This document shows positions 1-9,056 of a stretch of 39,227 nucleotides of DNA, in pieces. Position 1 is the stretch's first letter. Every line of letters starts with the position of its first letter. Source of the DNA: an uncultured Candidatus Saccharimonas sp. (GTDB lineage: Bacteria > Patescibacteriota > Saccharimonadia > Saccharimonadales > AWTP1-31); the NCBI GenBank assembly GCA_943354005.1, contig CALRBE010000008.1, positions 1 through 39,227 of the forward strand. Direction: 5' to 3'. The notes beneath the pieces are model-generated. The model searched no databases. It worked only from the letters and a program-made list of their open reading frames with translations, and was not told the DNA's origin. The position numbers were made by a program, and so were the translations under genes.

Positions 1-1038
1 TATTATCTTGACGACACCAGCACAGGCGCTGTTTTTCGGCAAGCAGTCTTCTCGGACAACAATATAGATAAGCTTGTTATCAACAAACTACCTATTAAAG
101 CGAGCATACTAACAGTTAACCAAACAGGCGTTACTGCCCTAGCCAGAACTATGCAAATCAAGCTGCAATCCAACAATAATCCCCTGTATTTTAGTGAAAA
201 AATTGGCCCGTTCCTTGCAGGCACAGATATTACGCATACCTCAAACGAGGTGTCCTTCAAACCAGGCTGCGCATATAGCCTTACATCTTTCTGTTCCGAA
301 CCACGCTTTATTGAAACCCTCAAAGCCAGCGGCATTGACGTCGTAGAGTTAACCGGAAATCATAACAATGACTTAGGTAATCAGTTTAATGCCGATACCA
401 TCCGTCTATACCATAGTCTTGGTTGGGGCACTTTTGGAGGCGGCCTAAATAAGAGCGAGGCCAGCAAACCATACGTAGTCGATAAGAAAGACTCTAAAGT
501 GGCCTTCCTGGGCTATAACTACGCCGATAGCTCCAATAGCGGTGTGTTAGCAACAGCAACCACAGCAGGGGGTAACCCATACGATGCCAGCAAGACAAAA
601 TCAGATATAGAAAAAGCTCATCAACAAGCAAGTTTTGTTATTGTGGACGTGCAATTTTCAGAGTGCTATGCCTACCCAAACGCTGGCTACGTAGAGTTCC
701 CTACATGTGATAAACCAGTTCCAAATCAAGCAGAGACCTTCAAGAAGCTCATAGATGACGGTGCTGACATGGTTGTAGGCACTCAGGCGCATCAACCACA
801 GATCTATGAGCTATATCATGGCAAACCAATTTACTATGGCTTGGGCAATCTCTATTTTGATCAGACGGAACAGCCTGGCACTGAGCGCGGCATAATACTC
901 ACTCACTATTTTTCGAATGGCAAACTTTTGCAAACCAAACTCTCACCAACCTTCTATGATAAAGCCTTGCAAACCCACCTTTTAGCTGGAGATCAAGCTA
1001 CGGAATTTTTGCAAAGGCTGAATAATTCACGGAATTAG
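1..1038 (+). CDS. CapA-family (poly-gamma-glutamate synthesis / metallophosphatase-like) protein, 5'-truncated by window edge
   Basis: Frame is open from base 1. GIDVVELTGNHNND, DMVVGTQAHQPQ and IYYGLGNLYFDQ match CapA/PGA_cap motifs. Confidence 0.8.
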   Translation, partial: YYLDDTSTGAVFRQAVFSDNNIDKLVINKLPIKASILTVNQTGVTALARTMQIKLQSNNNPLYFSEKIGPFLAGTDITHTSNEVSFKPGCAYSLTSFCSEPRFIETLKASGIDVVELTGNHNNDLGNQFNADTIRLYHSLGWGTFGGGLNKSEASKPYVVDKKDSKVAFLGYNYADSSNSGVLATATTAGGNPYDASKTKSDIEKAHQQASFVIVDVQFSECYAYPNAGYVEFPTCDKPVPNQAETFKKLIDDGADMVVGTQAHQPQIYELYHGKPIYYGLGNLYFDQTEQPGTERGIILTHYFSNGKLLQTKLSPTFYDKALQTHLLAGDQATEFLQRLNNSRN

Positions 1039-1082
1039 TTATTCTATAAAAAAGATATGTAGCATGACTCCCATTTCTTACG

Positions 1083-1124
1083 CTCACGAATTAGGACTAA
1101 ATGATTTTAAAAACATCATAGTTT
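1083..1124 (+). repeat. 42-bp direct repeat, copy 1 (upstream of first GNAT)
   Basis: ctcacgaattaggactaaatgattttaaaaacatcatagttt; 37/42 identical to 2904-2945 by manual alignment. Confidence 0.9.
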
Positions 1125-1167
1125 AGCGACTGAGCCTTTCAGAGGCATTTAATGCTATGATTAATAA

Positions 1168-1764
1168 ATGAGTGAAGCATCAATGGATAAATCAGATTAT
1201 CCCAAGGAAGTAGAAATCGAGCGAGCCGTGCCTGATGACGCCGAGATAATATGTGATATTCGTGATAGAGCATGGCTAAAAGCCTATCCAAATGCTGAAC
1301 TAGGTATTACCGCAGATGATATTAGGGTAAACGCTCAAGGGCGTGACGGCGAATTTGTGCCTAGACGAATTGCACATCTAAAAAAGCAGTTTACTCAAGA
1401 TGATGGCTCTGGGTTAACGACCTTTGTTGCAAAAGTAGAGGGTAAAGTAGTTGGGTATGTTGAGCCTATAATTGATGAACAAAATAAGCGTTACATTAGC
1501 GCAATCTATGTAGACCCTAATAATCAAAGAGGAGGCGTAGGTACGCAACTTTATGAGAAGGCAGTTGAATTGTTAGGTGAAGACCAGGATATATTTCTAG
1601 AAGTTGTCAGCTACAACCAAAATGCAATAGAATTTTATAAGAAAAGAGGTTTTGAGCAAACTGAAGCTATTGTTCCCGAAGATGAAGGCAGGCCGGACTA
1701 TATGAAATCACTACCGATGATTGAAATGGTTCTTAAAGCAAAAACAGACCACACATCCTTATAA
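1168..1764 (+). CDS. GNAT family N-acetyltransferase
   Basis: IYVDPNNQRGGVGTQL acetyl-CoA motif A; NQNAIEFYKKRGF motif B. Confidence 0.9.
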   Translation: MSEASMDKSDYPKEVEIERAVPDDAEIICDIRDRAWLKAYPNAELGITADDIRVNAQGRDGEFVPRRIAHLKKQFTQDDGSGLTTFVAKVEGKVVGYVEPIIDEQNKRYISAIYVDPNNQRGGVGTQLYEKAVELLGEDQDIFLEVVSYNQNAIEFYKKRGFEQTEAIVPEDEGRPDYMKSLPMIEMVLKAKTDHTSL

Positions 1765-1947
1765 ATTGAATACTTTTGCTAAATAGATAAGCTAGAAGCA
1801 GAGCCATTTTCTATGAAGTTAACTCGAGTACCAATGTCTTTTAAACTTTGATATGATTAGGCCATTGATTATTCGAAGTTACTAACAATAAGCCTCATGA
1901 ACTCGGTATTATGAGGTCTTTTTAATTCGGTTTGCTATAATACCAAA

Positions 1948-2883
1948 ATGAAAGCATTTATATTTGACCCGCTGTGGAATGATCTTATATCAGAAGATTT
2001 ACTAGGTGAGCTACGAGATAGCAATATTGAACTAATTGTTACGACAAAAATTGCACCACTTATCGATTGTAAGGAACTGTTCGAGGGTGACGACGAGAGA
2101 ATAATATGTGTCAATCCAGACTATGTTAATTGGAAGCTCAAGTCTGACGACTACAAAAACATTCCAAACCTAAAGGCAATACTTGGTGCTGCAACTTCTT
2201 TTTCTTGGATAGATGCAAGTTACGCAAATGATAATGGCATAACTATTGCAAATGTCCGCAGTTTCTCAACACAAGCCGTTGCAGAGTGGGCAATTGCAAT
2301 GCTTTTTAATGTCTCGCGACAAGTACCAAGACTAATAAAAGACGGTTTTCCATTAGATTTTGATAAAGACTTTATGAAATATAGAGGCTTGGAGCTTCAT
2401 GGCAAAACAGCTGCAATAATCGGTCTTGGACATAATGGCATAGCAATAGCGGAAAGATTAAAGGGGCTTGGCTTAAATATTGTTTATTGGTCAAAAAATA
2501 CTCGTAACAATGAATATAAATTTAGTGAGCTTGACGATATTTTTGAGACCGCAGATGTAATTGTGCCCGCATTTGCACACAATGATGAAACCGATGCACT
2601 AATTACTGATGAACTATTGGCTAAATTAAAGTCATCTGCAATCATAATTGACATTATTGAGTTAAAAAATAAAGACAAGGTTATTGAACTAGTCAAAGAG
2701 GGTAAGATATTTGGTTTTGGTTTCGAAGCTAAGCCGAATAGTTTTGATAAGTACGAGGGTAATGTATGGGCAGCCCCTGCCTATGCTTGGGTTACTGATG
2801 GCTCGATGAATAATATGATGACAAAATGGGTAGAGAATATGATTGATGCTGCGAGCGATAGGTTCCCCAACAAAATAAACTAG
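1948..2883 (+). CDS. D-isomer-specific 2-hydroxyacid dehydrogenase-fold NAD(P)-binding protein (degenerate active site)
   Basis: STQAVAEWA, ELHGKTAAIIGLGHNG Rossmann motif; the usual TPH motif reads APA. Confidence 0.8.
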   Translation: MKAFIFDPLWNDLISEDLLGELRDSNIELIVTTKIAPLIDCKELFEGDDERIICVNPDYVNWKLKSDDYKNIPNLKAILGAATSFSWIDASYANDNGITIANVRSFSTQAVAEWAIAMLFNVSRQVPRLIKDGFPLDFDKDFMKYRGLELHGKTAAIIGLGHNGIAIAERLKGLGLNIVYWSKNTRNNEYKFSELDDIFETADVIVPAFAHNDETDALITDELLAKLKSSAIIIDIIELKNKDKVIELVKEGKIFGFGFEAKPNSFDKYEGNVWAAPAYAWVTDGSMNNMMTKWVENMIDAASDRFPNKIN

Positions 2884-2903
2884 TTTAACCCCTAGATCAT
2901 AAC

Positions 2904-2945
2904 CTCACCAATTAGGCCTAAATAATTTTAAAAACAGTATAGTTT
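2904..2945 (+). repeat. 42-bp direct repeat, copy 2 (upstream of second GNAT)
   Basis: ctcaccaattaggcctaaataattttaaaaacagtatagttt; contains perfect palindrome ttaggcctaa. Confidence 0.9.
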
Positions 2946-2992
2946 CAAACGAATGAGACCATGATGGCCTCTTTTCTGCTAAGATAAGATAA

Positions 2993-3556
2993 ATGACGGA
3001 AACTACAATGTCTAATGAGTTTAATAACGAACCAGTTATAGAGAGAGCCATCCCCCAAGATGCTGAAGCTGTATCTGAATTGCTTCGACGTACTTGGATG
3101 GCTACCTACCCAAACGCCGAAGCTGGCATAACTGAGGAAGATATTCGACTTCGTACTGAGGGTGAAAACGGTGAACGCATCTCGCAGAACATCGAGGACT
3201 GGCGTAAGAAAATTGAAACGAGTGATGGTTCGGTAGCTGTATTTGTCGCAAAAAAAGACGGCCGAGTTGTGGGGATGACAGCTCCTGGAATAATTGATGG
3301 CAAGCGTCGAATCGGTGCAATGTACGTATTACCTGAAAATCAAGGAGATGGCGTAGGCAGGGCACTTATGCAGAAGGCACTTGAGTGGCACGGTACTGAA
3401 GAAGACATTTACCTACTAGTCGCCAGTTATAATCAAAAAGCAATTAAATTTTATAAAGATAATGGTTTCCAGCAGACGGATAGAGTAGTAGAAGATAAAG
3501 GTAATGTATACGGCAATACCCGGATACCTGAAATAGAAATGATACTCAAAGCATAG
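2993..3556 (+). CDS. GNAT family N-acetyltransferase, paralog of 1168-1764
   Basis: MYVLPENQGDGVGRAL, NQKAIKFYKDNGF; shares IERA.P.DAE...W..(A/T)YPNAE.GIT..DIR with the first GNAT. Confidence 0.9.
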   Translation: MTETTMSNEFNNEPVIERAIPQDAEAVSELLRRTWMATYPNAEAGITEEDIRLRTEGENGERISQNIEDWRKKIETSDGSVAVFVAKKDGRVVGMTAPGIIDGKRRIGAMYVLPENQGDGVGRALMQKALEWHGTEEDIYLLVASYNQKAIKFYKDNGFQQTDRVVEDKGNVYGNTRIPEIEMILKA

Positions 3557-3592
3557 ATTGTATTTTTAGCATAAGAGTCTTATCATTGATTT

Positions 3593-4360
3593 ATGTACAA
3601 ACAATTTACAGCAGAAGACCATAAAAAATATCTTGGCCTTACGCCAGACTATAAAGTAGACGGCTTCATGGTTTATGGTACTTACCAGAGCTATCCTTTT
3701 GAACAGATAGAAGATAGCCTAAAAAGGTTGGGGGTTGATTATGAGGTTAACGAATTACATCATGAGTTCCTTAGCCAAATAAGAGAAATCAAGGTTTCAG
3801 GCAAGGTCTTATGGCTTGCAATCGCCTACGGCGGAGCATTACTTAGTGAGTACATGCATTTAGCCTGTTTATTTGGAAGTAATAAAAACATTTTATTGGG
3901 AAGCTGTGGCGGGCTTAAAAAGGGGGCCTCCAGCCTAGAGCTAATAGTTCCGGATTGGAGCTATGCTGATGAAAGTTCTGCAAAAGCCTACCAACCAGAA
4001 GCTAATAATAAATACGAAGCAGATGCCGAACTTAGTAACGCCCTTACTGAGAATCTTGAAAAGAAATATAAGGTTCATCGTGGTAAGACAATTACTTATC
4101 AAGCAATGTTGGCTGAAACATGGGAAGATGTTGAACAGTGGTCTACGGAAGGTTACGCTGGCGTTGAAATGGAAGCCGCAACTGTATTTTCTGCCTCTAA
4201 GCATTTTGGGGTCCCTGCGGCGGCAATACTAAGAATCGGTGACAATCTTATTGAAGAGCAGACTGTCATGGACATTAACTACGAAAACAATCAGGATTTG
4301 AGAAGGCAAGTATCACAGGATGCTTTTGACATTATAGTTGAAGAATTACTTAACAAATAG
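3593..4360 (+). CDS. Nucleoside phosphorylase (PNP/UDP family)
   Basis: LLGSCGGL and GVEMEAATVF...AAAILRIGDNL signatures. Confidence 0.8.
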   Translation: MYKQFTAEDHKKYLGLTPDYKVDGFMVYGTYQSYPFEQIEDSLKRLGVDYEVNELHHEFLSQIREIKVSGKVLWLAIAYGGALLSEYMHLACLFGSNKNILLGSCGGLKKGASSLELIVPDWSYADESSAKAYQPEANNKYEADAELSNALTENLEKKYKVHRGKTITYQAMLAETWEDVEQWSTEGYAGVEMEAATVFSASKHFGVPAAAILRIGDNLIEEQTVMDINYENNQDLRRQVSQDAFDIIVEELLNK

Positions 4361-4395
4361 ATTCAATAGATCAGCAGGCCCTTTAACTTATAGCA

Positions 4396-4424
4396 TTGAC
4401 ACATATGCATAAAAGCAGTATAAT
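4396..4424 (+). promoter_or_regulatory. Consensus sigma70 promoter (leaderless transcript)
   Basis: TTGACA-17 bp-TATAAT, with ATG 6 nt downstream at 4431. Confidence 0.85.
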
Positions 4425-4430
4425 AGAGCA

Positions 4431-4919
4431 ATGAATGAAAATATAGGTTCTATCGAAAAATTAGAAGCGGCATGTGCAGAGTTCGTTTATGAATTCTCGC
4501 CCGACACATTAGGTGATGACAATAAACGTTCTGCTACAGTAAGAGATCTCCAACTTAGTCTGGGTATGCGCGCTATGGGCATAACATATCGTTCAGAAGA
4601 GGAGCAAAAAGCTTCTTTCGTGGAAACCGAAAATTCAATGTTAAACTTATCAGGCAACCCAACAGCATACATTGAAACGTTTACGGAAAATAATTTTAGA
4701 GCTATATATAGCTACGATAGACATACTGGTTTGGTGGTAGTCAATAACTATACATTTCCGAAAGATGAAGTAAGGGCACTACGACGTAGTGACTATGATG
4801 CGCTAGGTATGTCTATCGCAACTAAGGGGGTGACTTCATTTCTCATGACTAGAGCTCTAACTCCGGTTGGTATTTACAGGCTAACAGAAGATGTGAAAAA
4901 AGCGATAGACGAAGCCTAA
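4431..4919 (+). CDS. Hypothetical protein
   Basis: 162-aa ORF directly behind a perfect promoter; no recognisable motif. Confidence 0.7.
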   Translation: MNENIGSIEKLEAACAEFVYEFSPDTLGDDNKRSATVRDLQLSLGMRAMGITYRSEEEQKASFVETENSMLNLSGNPTAYIETFTENNFRAIYSYDRHTGLVVVNNYTFPKDEVRALRRSDYDALGMSIATKGVTSFLMTRALTPVGIYRLTEDVKKAIDEA

Positions 4920-5041
4920 ACTACCTATCTCTTTATCTCAACCTTCCACATAGCTATTACGCAAATCAAGAAATTTTCAAACACGAGGCACCGTTTGGGA
5001 TCTTTAAGGTATAGTGAGACAATAAACAAAACGGAGAGATT

Positions 5042-5983
5042 ATGAAATTCAAAAAAGCTATACTTATAAATATCGCAGATTCGCTCCTAGACCAAAAATA
5101 TTGGGATAAGATTGATGGGCTAGTAGAAACAAGGATTTCTCTTGATCGAGAAGACCCTGAATTACACGACAAAATCAAAGATGCCGACCTGCTTTTATTG
5201 GGCTTTCAAGTGCCAATCGGCAAAGACATTATTGATGCAATGCCCAACCTTAAGCTAATTAGTATTCTAGCTACGGCATACGGGACAGTTGATTTAGAGG
5301 CAGCAAGAGCCAAGGGCATCACTGTTTGTAATATAGCTGACTACAGTACTGAAGCAGTAGCAGAATTCACTATTGCCGCCATCTTGTATGAACTTCGAGG
5401 AATGGCTGAAGCTATTAGACGCAGAGAAGGTGGAGACTGGAACTTCACTGGCATTAGAGCTAGAGAATTAAAGGGCAGCAGGTTTGGTGTTATTGGCTTG
5501 GGAAATATTGGCAACCGCGTTGCAGAACTAGCAGAGGGCTTCGGAGCTAATGTTAGTTACTGGTCTCGCAGTAAAAAAGATGTCGATTTTAAGTATGACG
5601 ATGATCTGAACAGCTTAATAGCAAATAATGACATAATCTCCATCAATGTTGCTGAGACCGAAGATACTATTGACTTACTAAACTCTGATAATATTCCGTT
5701 GATTCCAAAAAACGGTATATTAATCAGCACAGTTCCAGCGACTGTCGTCAACACTGAAGCATTGACATCACGCCTTGCAAAAAAGGATATTACTTTTATA
5801 TTCGTTAACCATCCTCGCCCATCTCTAGAACCAGAACTTGCTAAAGTAAATGACTCCACAAATGTTACCGGCTATCCTGCTATCGGGTTTATAACTGACG
5901 AAGCAATAATTGCTAAACAAGAATCATTTATTGCTAACCTTGAAAACTTCGTTAATGGTAACCCACAAAATATAGTCAGTTAA
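5042..5983 (+). CDS. D-isomer-specific 2-hydroxyacid dehydrogenase-fold NAD(P)-binding protein (degenerate active site)
   Basis: DYSTEAVAEF, ELKGSRFGVIGLGNIG; TPH motif reads YPA; GGAG SD upstream. Confidence 0.85.
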   Translation: MKFKKAILINIADSLLDQKYWDKIDGLVETRISLDREDPELHDKIKDADLLLLGFQVPIGKDIIDAMPNLKLISILATAYGTVDLEAARAKGITVCNIADYSTEAVAEFTIAAILYELRGMAEAIRRREGGDWNFTGIRARELKGSRFGVIGLGNIGNRVAELAEGFGANVSYWSRSKKDVDFKYDDDLNSLIANNDIISINVAETEDTIDLLNSDNIPLIPKNGILISTVPATVVNTEALTSRLAKKDITFIFVNHPRPSLEPELAKVNDSTNVTGYPAIGFITDEAIIAKQESFIANLENFVNGNPQNIVS

Positions 5984-6101
5984 GTATTGTTGATTATAGT
6001 TCCATTAATAGCTCTGCACTAAATATCTGATAGCCAAATATACGACCATATCGAAAAAATATAGATAGAGCAATATCTTCTCTTTTTGTTATGCTTGTAA
6101 T

Positions 6102-6878
6102 ATGAATAATACTTTACCCATAGATTTTAAAGACGAGCGAGGTCTTGAAGTCTTCAAAGATGTTATAAAAAATCTTCCCAAGGACGTTGAGGTTTACTTA
6201 ATTGCGGGCACCATTCGCAACGCAATCGATAAATATTTCCATAGTGATAGGAATCTATTTCAACGTGATTATGACCAAATTGTTACAAAAGGTTGCGATA
6301 AGTATATTGCCTATCTAAAAGATCTCGGTTTTTATAATGGGCGCATTCAAAGACCTACACAAAAAGTGCTAATTAAGTCTTTTGTCGGTAACGAAGACAT
6401 AAGTGATTTTGCCAACAATCTTGTTTTTGATATTCACCTTATGGACGGCACAGATGCCATTGATAACCTGAAAAAGCACGTTGGCCTAATATTGAACGGT
6501 AACGCACTCTCTATAAGAGACGTTTTCTCTAGTGACTGGCAGGATAGACTTGTTTCATTGCCAGGTGCTTTGGATTCAATAGAAAATAAACAGCTGAAGC
6601 TAAATCACGAAGGATATAAATATCAAGCAGCAAATCTTTTTTCAGTAATTCGGTTTGTACATAACGGCTATGCACCGCCCACTGAAGATGAACTAACCTT
6701 GCTAATTCGAGAGCTGCCTCGCATCGAAGATGAACGTTACTTAAAAAATGTACAAAAGGTATTTAAATATGTCGGCGGCGAAGACAATGCGCGCAATATT
6801 TGTCGAGAGATAGGCTTAAACGTAGACATATTTGATAAAAAGGCAGTAATAAATAGCTTAAATCAGGATACAAATTAA
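6102..6878 (+). CDS. Divergent class II nucleotidyltransferase (CCA-adding/poly(A) polymerase head-like)
   Basis: VYLIAGTIRN...RDYD resembles motif A (LVGGxVRD...DxD); LILNGNAL resembles FTINAL; VIRF resembles the LRxxRF motif. Confidence 0.55.
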   Translation: MNNTLPIDFKDERGLEVFKDVIKNLPKDVEVYLIAGTIRNAIDKYFHSDRNLFQRDYDQIVTKGCDKYIAYLKDLGFYNGRIQRPTQKVLIKSFVGNEDISDFANNLVFDIHLMDGTDAIDNLKKHVGLILNGNALSIRDVFSSDWQDRLVSLPGALDSIENKQLKLNHEGYKYQAANLFSVIRFVHNGYAPPTEDELTLLIRELPRIEDERYLKNVQKVFKYVGGEDNARNICREIGLNVDIFDKKAVINSLNQDTN

Positions 6879-6913
6879 ATCTTAAGCTTTCTGATATAAT
6901 AAGCATTAGTATT

Positions 6914-7735
6914 ATGAAGTCATCTCTAAACAAATTGTCTAGAAGTACGTATATTAGATGGATAATCCTATTCTTTATTGCCGCTACAAATATATGGGCT
7001 CTAAAAAATCCAGGTTTAAGTTTTATTGTCTTTCTTGCACCACTTATATTTGTGCTACTACACAGCTTTAAGTTATTCGGAAAAAAACATACATTTATGA
7101 TTTTCGGAATCATTATATTAGTATCTTTTACCGCTGAATATCTTGGAGTTCATACTGGTCGTGTATTCGGGCCTTACTACTATAACCCAAGCGCAAAAGT
7201 TAATGGTTTCTTATGGGCTGGAGTTCCGCCGCTTGTTACTTTTAGTTATATATCAATGGGATATTGCTCCTATGTTCTATCTAGGATAATTTTTGGCAAA
7301 CTAGGAAAACTAACTGGTAGCGCTATCGCTGGAGTACCAATAGTAGCGGCTATGATAATGACAATGTGGGATATGAGTTTTGATCCAATTGCTTCCTATG
7401 TAAATAAAATCTATACATGGTATGAAGGTGGGGCATATTTTGGCGTACCATTTCGTAACTTTACGGGTTGGTTCCTAGAGTCACTAATATTCTTTCTAAT
7501 TATTGGGGTGTATTTGAAATTCTTCGCAAAAGCCAAAGACTATCTAGCAAAACCAAGTAGATTATTTCTTGCTGAAGTCATTTTTTTGGTAGCTGCTAAC
7601 GCCTTTGGAACGCTGTCGCATGAGTTTAGTAGTCCTACTATGATTCAACAATCTATGGCTATTGTCGCTTTGTTTGGACTCGGCATGCCAGTAGTTATAG
7701 CTAGTTTTCGTCTACTTGATGCCAATAAGAAATAA
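6914..7735 (+). CDS. CruF-like 'carotenoid biosynthesis' integral membrane protein
   Basis: AEYLGVHTGRVFGPYYY, GVPPLV, WDMSFDP, YFGVPFRNFTGW are typical of this family; multiple TM segments. Confidence 0.8.
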   Translation: MKSSLNKLSRSTYIRWIILFFIAATNIWALKNPGLSFIVFLAPLIFVLLHSFKLFGKKHTFMIFGIIILVSFTAEYLGVHTGRVFGPYYYNPSAKVNGFLWAGVPPLVTFSYISMGYCSYVLSRIIFGKLGKLTGSAIAGVPIVAAMIMTMWDMSFDPIASYVNKIYTWYEGGAYFGVPFRNFTGWFLESLIFFLIIGVYLKFFAKAKDYLAKPSRLFLAEVIFLVAANAFGTLSHEFSSPTMIQQSMAIVALFGLGMPVVIASFRLLDANKK

Positions 7736-7769
7736 ATTAGTCTACTAAGCTTAGTTCTAGCTCATGGTT

Positions 7770-8285
7770 CTATTTTAGAATGCGATTGACTCTGCGAGTA
7801 CTTATGTAGAACAAGGATAGTGCAACAACCAAGATGCCGGCAATAATTTTATCGGCATCAAATACTATTAATAATGGAATAGTAAGTCCGCTAAAAGTAA
7901 TAGGAAGCCCGATCAGGTAGCCTTTGGTTAAGTGGCGATTAATATTGTGCCTAGCCAGACGTAGGGCTCCACAGACGGGTATTAGCACTACAAGCAGTGA
8001 AAGCCAGGTAGTATTATAGTATGTCGCTACAAGCACCATAGGTGCCACTCCAAACGTTACGAGATCAGATAGTGAATCAAGCTCCGCTCCAAATTTAGAC
8101 TCCTTTTTGAGAGCTCGAGCTAAGTAGCCATCTATAGAGTCAAAGAAAACACCAGTTAGCAGTAAGAATGCTGCAATGTTATATTCCCCATGGATAGCTA
8201 GGTATATTGAAAACAGTCCAGATAATAGATTAAGACAGGTGACATAGTCGGGCAATGTCATTATTTTAGGAATTGATTTTTGCAA
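7770..8285 (-). CDS. pssA: CDP-diacylglycerol--serine O-phosphatidyltransferase (CDP-alcohol phosphatidyltransferase)
   Basis: DSIDGYLARA...FGAELDSLSDLVTFGVAP CDP-OH_P motif; overlaps psd. Confidence 0.85.
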   Translation of the reverse strand: MQKSIPKIMTLPDYVTCLNLLSGLFSIYLAIHGEYNIAAFLLLTGVFFDSIDGYLARALKKESKFGAELDSLSDLVTFGVAPMVLVATYYNTTWLSLLVVLIPVCGALRLARHNINRHLTKGYLIGLPITFSGLTIPLLIVFDADKIIAGILVVALSLFYISTRRVNRILK

Positions 8286-8919
8286 TTGTTGTTTCTCCCG
8301 CGACTACACGGTCGCCCTTACTAACTTTCAATTTAACTGTATCCGGTAATACTAATGTTACTTGCGATCCAATATTAATTAGTCCAACGATTTGTCCCAT
8401 ATCGACGGCTTCACCTGGTTTGACGTGAGTAACAATCCTCCGAGCAACGAAGCCGGCTATCTGGATCATTTTTACTGAAATATCTTTATTTTTAATGACT
8501 ATTTCAGTTTTTTCGTTCACTAGTCCTGATTCAAATGAATTCACTGCAAGAAATTTTCCATCGCTATGCTTAACTGATACAACTTTTCCACTAATTGGAG
8601 CACGATTCATGTGTACATCAAGTGGTGACATAAATATCGATACTAAGTATCCATGAGGCGATACATCTTCCGTTATAGTCTTAATAAGACCGCGGTATCT
8701 TTTATCTCCCTTAAGTAGCGCAACCTCAGATTTTGTATATTCATGGATCTCTATTATTTTACCGTCAGCTGGGGCGAGAATAATATCTTGAGCATCCGGA
8801 ACTAGTCGATCAGGACTACGCAAAAAGTATACTTTCCAGAAAAATAAAAATGCCAAAGGGATAACGAGAATGATGAATAGAAGAATATAAATAATCATAG
8901 CTAATTCATAGTATACCAT
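8266..8919 (-). CDS. psd: Phosphatidylserine decarboxylase (true start may be ATG at 8898)
   Basis: APADGKI, SIFMSPLDVHMNRAPISG, QIAGFVARRI, IGSQV self-cleavage motif. Confidence 0.9.
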   Translation of the reverse strand: MVYYELAMIIYILLFIILVIPLAFLFFWKVYFLRSPDRLVPDAQDIILAPADGKIIEIHEYTKSEVALLKGDKRYRGLIKTITEDVSPHGYLVSIFMSPLDVHMNRAPISGKVVSVKHSDGKFLAVNSFESGLVNEKTEIVIKNKDISVKMIQIAGFVARRIVTHVKPGEAVDMGQIVGLINIGSQVTLVLPDTVKLKVSKGDRVVAGETTIAKINS

Positions 8920-8958
8920 TAGCGATAACCTAATGGGTATGTGTAAGCTAAAAGGCTA

Positions 8959-8987
8959 TTGACAATGCAAAGCTTAAGTGATATTAT
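8959..8987 (+). promoter_or_regulatory. sigma70 promoter for 9057 ORF
   Basis: TTGACA-17 bp-TATTAT with TGn extension. Confidence 0.7.
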
Positions 8988-9056
8988 TAAAAATCAATTT
9001 CCGTTTTTTTGAGGCGTAAATAATTAGTAATATTTAGACTACTTCTAAGGAGTAAA

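Noticed and set aside
1850-1947. Third copy of the 42-bp repeat (attaggcc plus hairpin before TGCTATAAT)
   Set aside because: Only about 8 nt match, which cannot be distinguished from chance.
1039-6913. Integron attC sites between the accessory genes
   Set aside because: No convincing RYYYAAC...GTTRRRY paired boxes were found by eye, and there is no integrase in the window.
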